A DNA stretch of 64,000 nucleotides from Macrostomum lignano. Taxonomy: Eukaryota. This document shows, piece by piece, positions 58,820-64,000 of the stretch. The number at the start of each line of letters is the position of its first letter. The first letter of the stretch is position 1. Below the pieces are notes generated by a model. It was not told the DNA's origin and made no database searches. It worked only from the letters and a program-made list of their open reading frames with translations. Both the position numbers and the translations under genes were made by a program. Location: positions 89,840 to 153,839 of the forward strand of contig NIVC01001694.1 in the NCBI GenBank assembly GCA_002269645.1, in the 5' to 3' direction.

Positions 58820-61800
58820 GCTGCGAGACGCTAAATGCCACGCGTGCGAAAAGACGGGCCATATTCGCAAGGTCTGTCGCTCAGCCAAGCTGCATTTTCT
58901 ACAAGAAGCGACACCGACACCACCACCGGAAGCCTCCGCGCAGCTGCCGATTTTTGCCGTCCAGCCGGCTGGTGGCAACGCAGGTCCGACGGTGCAGCTG
59001 CAAGTCAATGGCCAGCCATGCCGGTTCGTCATCGATACGGGCTCCGCCGTCACTCTGATGCCCGAGTTTCTGCAGTTCATGCTTCTACCGCGGCTCTCCA
59101 TGTCACCGTCCGTTGCTGTCCTACGCACCTTCACCGACGAGCAGTTCCGCCCTCTCGGCCAAGCGTGGGTCTCCGTTCAGCAAGATGGTCAGCAGCTGCA
59201 GTTGCCCCTGCTGATCGTCAAGCACGGCGACACGGCCCTGCTCGGTCGCGACTGGCTGGCCAAGCTGCGGCTAGACTGGCCGAGCATCATGGCGCAGGTT
59301 CACGCCGTCCACGACTCCGAAGACATCGGCAGCATCGTCAAGGAGTTCGCACCAGTCTTCGAGGACGGCCTAGGCGAGTTCCGGCACGGCCAGGTGCGGC
59401 TTCAAGTCTCCGAGGACGCTCAGCCCAGGTTCTTCAAGGCGCGGCCGGTCCCCTACGCGCTGCGCGAGCGCGTCGACGCCGAGCTGCAGCGCATGGAGTC
59501 CAGTGGCATCATCACCGCCGTGAAGCACAGCGACTGGGCTGCGCCGATCGTGCCGGTCGTCAAGAAGGACGGCAGCGTTCGGATTTGCGGAGACTACAAG
59601 CTGACATACAACGCGGCGAGCAAGCCGGAGCACTACCCGCTGCCCCGCATCGAGGACCTCTTCGCCAAGCTCGGCGGCGGCTGCAAGTGGACCAAGCTCG
59701 ATCTGTCCAACGCCTTCTTGCAGCTTCCTCTAGCCGACGACAGCAAGGCGTTTCTCACCATCAACACGCCCAGAGGCCTCTTCCAGGTCAATCGCCTCCC
59801 ATTCGGCATAACGAGCGCCAGCGCGATCTTTCAACGCACCCTGGACACCCTGCTGGGAGCCCTGGATGCCGTCCAAGTCTTCGTCGACGACATTCTGGTC
59901 ACCGGCAGCACCCTGCAACAGCACAAGAGGAACCTGGCGCTGGTCCTGCCGCGCTTGAAGGACGCCGGCCTGCGGCTCAACAAAGAGAAATGCAAATTCT
60001 TCGAAGACTCTGTTGAGTACCTCGGCCATCGGATCGACGCCAGCGGACTCAAGCCGCTGCCGGACCGGGTCGCCGCCGTCCAGGACGTGCCAGCACCCAA
60101 GGACGTCAGCCAGCTGCGCTCGTTTCTGGGCATGCTAGCGCAGTACTGCAAGTTCCTGCCCAACTTGTCTACCGTCCTGGCGCCGCTCCACCAGCTCTTG
60201 GCCAAGAACACCCGCTGGTCATGGGGGCCACCGCAGCAACAAGCATTTGCAGAGGCCAAGCGGCTGCTGCTCGAGTCCCCGGTTCTCGTGCACTACAATC
60301 CGAATCTGCCGCTGCCATTAGAGTGCGACGCCTCTCCCTACGGCCTGGGGGTCGTCTTGACGCACCGCATCGACGACAAGGACTGCGCGGTCGCCTTCGC
60401 CAGCCGCAGCCTAACAGCAGCGCAGCGCGGCTACTCCCAGCTGGACAAGGAGGCGCTGGCCATCATGTTTGGTCTGCACCGGTTTCACCAGTTCCTCTAT
60501 GGCCGGTGGTTCACCATCGTCACCGACCATCTGCCGCTGCTGGGTCTGCTGGGCGAGCGCAAGGGCATTCCGGCACACGCGGCCGCCCGGATGCAGCGCT
60601 GGGCCATTCGGCTGTCGAGCTACGACTACACGCTGGAGTTCCGGCCGACCGAAAAGCATGCCAACTGCGACTTGCTCTCGCGGCTGCCGCTGCCGCACCT
60701 GTTCGAGGAGGAGCCGGCCGTCAACTCGCTGCTGCTCGACGAGGGCTCCGGATCGGCCATCACGGCGCTGGCGGTGGCGCGGCACACTAGGACAGACGTC
60801 TCACTCGGTCGGGTGCTTCGCTGCTTGCAGACCGGCGCGCCCATCGGCGACGACCTGAGCGACTTCGCCCGGCGGCAGTCGGAGCTGTCAGTCGACCAAG
60901 ACTGTGTCCTGTGGGGCGCAAGGGTCGTTGTGCCCACAGCGCTGCGTCGACGCGTGATCCAAGAGCTACATCAGGCGCATCCCGGCATCAGCAGAATGCG
61001 CGCCCTGGCTCGCAGCTACGTGTGGTGGCCCGGCCTCGACGGCGATCTGGAAGCTGCGGCCAAGTCCTGCCGCACCTGTCAGCTCAACCAGCCCGATCCG
61101 CCCAAGGCGCCGGTGCAACCGTGGCCTCTGCCATCCGAACCGTGGGAGCGCCTGCACATCGACTTTGCCGGTCCGGTCGACGGTCATACATACCTGGTGG
61201 TAGTCGATGCTCATAGCAAGTGGCCGGAGGTCCAGCGGATGCGCGGTACAACGTCAACGGCCACCATCGCGGCACTGCGGGAGATGTTCGCGCGCCAAGG
61301 CATTCCGCGCACCCTGGTGTCCGACAACGGGCCGCAGTTCGCCTCCGCCGAGTTCGCCGAGTTTACCCGGGCCAACGGCATTCGTCACGTGTTCTCGGCG
61401 CCGTTTCATCCCGCCAACAACGGCCAGGCCGAGAGGTTGGTGCAAGTCCTGAAGCGACATCTGCTCAAGAGCGGCCACTCCGACGTCGAGCTTCAGCGAC
61501 TGCTGCTCAGCTACCGCAACACCCCACGCAGCATCAGCGGCGCTGCCCCGAGTCAGCTGCTCATCGGCCGTCGGCTTCGCTGCCGCCTGGACCTCCTGGC
61601 ACCGTCGCTGGCTGACGACGTCCAACGGCGGCAAGAGCGGCAGCTGCAGGGACGCAGACCAGCGCGCGAGTTTCAGCCGGGTGATCACGTCCTCCTCCGC
61701 GACTACAGCGCCGGCGCGAGAGCCGGCGACACGCCACGCTGGGCTGAGGGTGTCGTCACGGGCGCCGGCAGCCGCAACTACACAGTTGACTCGGAGCGAG

Positions 61801-62030
61801 GCCAGCACTTCCGGCACGCTGATCAGCTGGTGGCAGCCCGCGCTGACTCCGCCGACACCGTCCATCCGCCGCCTGCTACGGATGACGGCGCCGCCCGAGT
61901 GACAGCGGCGTGCAAAGCGCTGACGCCGCAGCCGTCGCCGACACGGCCTGCGGGGCGTCATCCGGCACTGACGACGAGCATGCGAGCGGCGTGCGACACG
62001 AGCCGGGCACTACTCGGCGGTACCCACTGA
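58722..62030 (+). CDS. pol: Nucleocapsid zinc knuckles plus Pol (protease, RT, RNase H, integrase)
   Basis: CASCGGAHSRQQC and CHACEKTGHIRKVC knuckles; protease IDTGS; RT LDLSNAF and FVDD; RNase H CDASPYGLG; integrase HQAH..CRTC, IDFAGP, SDNGPQF, AERLVQ. Confidence 0.97.
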   Translation: MAINSRSGVGSSGNTGSGTCASCGGAHSRQQCKLRDAKCHACEKTGHIRKVCRSAKLHFLQEATPTPPPEASAQLPIFAVQPAGGNAGPTVQLQVNGQPCRFVIDTGSAVTLMPEFLQFMLLPRLSMSPSVAVLRTFTDEQFRPLGQAWVSVQQDGQQLQLPLLIVKHGDTALLGRDWLAKLRLDWPSIMAQVHAVHDSEDIGSIVKEFAPVFEDGLGEFRHGQVRLQVSEDAQPRFFKARPVPYALRERVDAELQRMESSGIITAVKHSDWAAPIVPVVKKDGSVRICGDYKLTYNAASKPEHYPLPRIEDLFAKLGGGCKWTKLDLSNAFLQLPLADDSKAFLTINTPRGLFQVNRLPFGITSASAIFQRTLDTLLGALDAVQVFVDDILVTGSTLQQHKRNLALVLPRLKDAGLRLNKEKCKFFEDSVEYLGHRIDASGLKPLPDRVAAVQDVPAPKDVSQLRSFLGMLAQYCKFLPNLSTVLAPLHQLLAKNTRWSWGPPQQQAFAEAKRLLLESPVLVHYNPNLPLPLECDASPYGLGVVLTHRIDDKDCAVAFASRSLTAAQRGYSQLDKEALAIMFGLHRFHQFLYGRWFTIVTDHLPLLGLLGERKGIPAHAAARMQRWAIRLSSYDYTLEFRPTEKHANCDLLSRLPLPHLFEEEPAVNSLLLDEGSGSAITALAVARHTRTDVSLGRVLRCLQTGAPIGDDLSDFARRQSELSVDQDCVLWGARVVVPTALRRRVIQELHQAHPGISRMRALARSYVWWPGLDGDLEAAAKSCRTCQLNQPDPPKAPVQPWPLPSEPWERLHIDFAGPVDGHTYLVVVDAHSKWPEVQRMRGTTSTATIAALREMFARQGIPRTLVSDNGPQFASAEFAEFTRANGIRHVFSAPFHPANNGQAERLVQVLKRHLLKSGHSDVELQRLLLSYRNTPRSISGAAPSQLLIGRRLRCRLDLLAPSLADDVQRRQERQLQGRRPAREFQPGDHVLLRDYSAGARAGDTPRWAEGVVTGAGSRNYTVDSERGQHFRHADQLVAARADSADTVHPPPATDDGAARVTAACKALTPQPSPTRPAGRHPALTTSMRAACDTSRALLGGTH

Positions 62031-62091
62031 GGGTTCGAGGCCCACCTCAGAGACTTCAGCTGTGAAGGGGAGAACTGACTCAGGGGGGAAG

Positions 62092-62405
62092 TGTGACATT
62101 GTGGCGATATGCTAGTGTATTTTTATTATTGCAATATTATGCTTTGTGCATTCTTAGTTAGTTAGTATTTGCGTGCGCGCTGATTGGCTAGTGTGTTTCA
62201 GTGCATGTGCACTGCGTCGGGTTGTTTGCGTTTTACGCGTGGCTAGCATGGTGGGGTCTGGGCAGTCAGGCTAACCACCCTCTTTAGTCCTAGGGTTGAT
62301 GAATAAGAATAAACAAGTCATATAAGAGCCCAGTTGTGTGTACTGGCTCTCCACGTGTAACTTTCCTACGCATTCACTACAAGCCTTTAGCTTCAATTTA
62401 TTACA
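62092..62405 (+). repeat. 3' LTR
   Basis: Directly follows the PPT; identical to the 5' LTR. Confidence 0.97.
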
Positions 62406-62676
<271 letters not shown>

Positions 62677-62928
62677 CCTGCCTATAACTGTCTATAAGTA
62701 CATCTATACTAGTACATGCATATCGATCTATTTAACATTCTGCCTTGATCGATCAATTAAGATCAAAGCCAATATTTCTATGGCTGAGACCAATGCAGAT
62801 TCCCTCCCTCATCGAGTCCCTGATGATCATCCTTCAGTTTACATGTATGCAAACATTTTTGATTAAACACTGTCAGAGACCATAAGCAACGCTTTACAGT
62901 ATCAATATTAAGATTGGTATTTCACTAA

Positions 62929-63459
62929 ATGCCTGTCAACTTTGGCTACGTGTGGGAGCTGCACAAGTCCTGGCGGTTTAAGAAGTTCATCCAGACCAGC
63001 GGGATCGAATCGTACTTGGACAGCCTGGGCTTCTGTCTGCAGCGAACTCCTCAGAATCACGAAATCTTGCTGGACAGCAAGGACTTTGTCACCATCCGCA
63101 CGCTGAGTGTCTCACTTCACGAGGTCTTTCTGCAGTTCCACTTCGGTCGCAGCGACAAGGACTATCACAGCATCTACGGGCACCGGGTGGTGATGCTCAG
63201 AGTGCTGACCAACTGCAACAACGAAATCTCCTGCCTGACTTCCCCAGCTCTGAGCATGATCTATGCTAAGAGGACGGCATTCCAGAATCAACGGATTGCC
63301 CTGCTGCTGACGCACATTGACTACAGGAGCCGGCACTGCCTGCTGCCCAGGGTGGCTAGCGTAGCCTGCAAGGTGTACTCACTGCTGAGCAATATTGACA
63401 GTGAGCACGGTGCCGAAGACCAGCTGATGGAGGATGGATCCAAGAGTCGAATAGGATGA
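62929..63459 (+). CDS. Orphan 176-aa intronless ORF
   Basis: ATG start, GC3-rich codons in an AT-rich surround, non-repetitive composition, AATAAA at ~63543. No family recognised. Confidence 0.55.
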   Translation: MPVNFGYVWELHKSWRFKKFIQTSGIESYLDSLGFCLQRTPQNHEILLDSKDFVTIRTLSVSLHEVFLQFHFGRSDKDYHSIYGHRVVMLRVLTNCNNEISCLTSPALSMIYAKRTAFQNQRIALLLTHIDYRSRHCLLPRVASVACKVYSLLSNIDSEHGAEDQLMEDGSKSRIG

Positions 63460-63849
63460 ACTACTCTGTCATCGGTTTTTGATTGATTATGATTGCAGAT
63501 TTATTGATTGTTAAAAACTTAGCCCACACTAGCAGTGTTTGAATAAAATAAATGAAAAATATAAATCAACTGTAGTTATCCTGATCTCATTCATTAAGAC
63601 GTTAATCTGAAAAAGATCTAAAGGATTATGATGTTCCGTTAGACATAAAAATAGGTGACTATTCTTTTATTTGCGAGTAATGTTGTTAGAGCGTCTGGTT
63701 CTTTCGAAGAAATTGAGCTTTCAAAAAATCTGAAGGCACTAAGTGCCCATTACGAGCGTACTGTCCATAATTCATATCTTAAGCAAGAGGTCAGCAAACT
63801 TTTTTACCTTAAGGGTCAGACAGACTTCCTGGAGCATGTCTGCGAGTCG

Positions 63850-64000
63850 GAGGAGGAAAGAGAGAAGAGAAAGAGAAGATGGAAGACAAGAATAAAAAAT
63901 AGAGAAGGGAGAAAGGAGAAACAAGAGAATAAAAGAAAGAGAGCAGAGAGAGGAGTAGAGGAAGAGAGAGAGAGAGAGAGGAGAGGAGAGGAGAGGAGAG
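63850..64000. repeat. Purine-rich low-complexity tract running off the window end
   Basis: Direct reading. Confidence 0.8.

Overview
Eukaryotic (invertebrate animal) genomic DNA with GT-AG introns and GC-rich coding exons. The style resembles a flatworm such as Macrostomum, but that is inference only. By my rough tally about 45% of the window is tandem repeat: a 9.2 kb 16-bp satellite, about 15 unrelated 14-52 bp minisatellites, and (TCTG)n and (GA)n tracts. Most long ORFs in the track are repeat artefacts. Genes I could reconstruct by hand: a 2-exon myosin regulatory light chain (-, 14281-18766), an intronless divergent ARF/ARL GTPase (+, 28610-29245), a 7-exon atypical soluble guanylate cyclase with the O2-sensor tyrosine (-, 43770-51799), a 3-exon ~680 aa orphan gene (-, 52927-56335), and two weaker orphan ORFs. 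Mobile DNA: a very young Ty3/Gypsy element with identical 314-bp LTRs inserted in a (TCTG)n tract, a deleted mariner, a non-autonomous DNA transposon with an 8-bp TSD, and two tRNA-derived SINE families. There is also a local tandem duplication (36.1-42.4 kb). No CRISPR array, rRNA or bona fide tRNA was seen. I found no clearly new multi-gene system. The best leads are the orphan genes, the degenerate ARL, the O2-type cyclase, and the microsatellite-embedded retrotransposon whose gag start overlaps its PBS.
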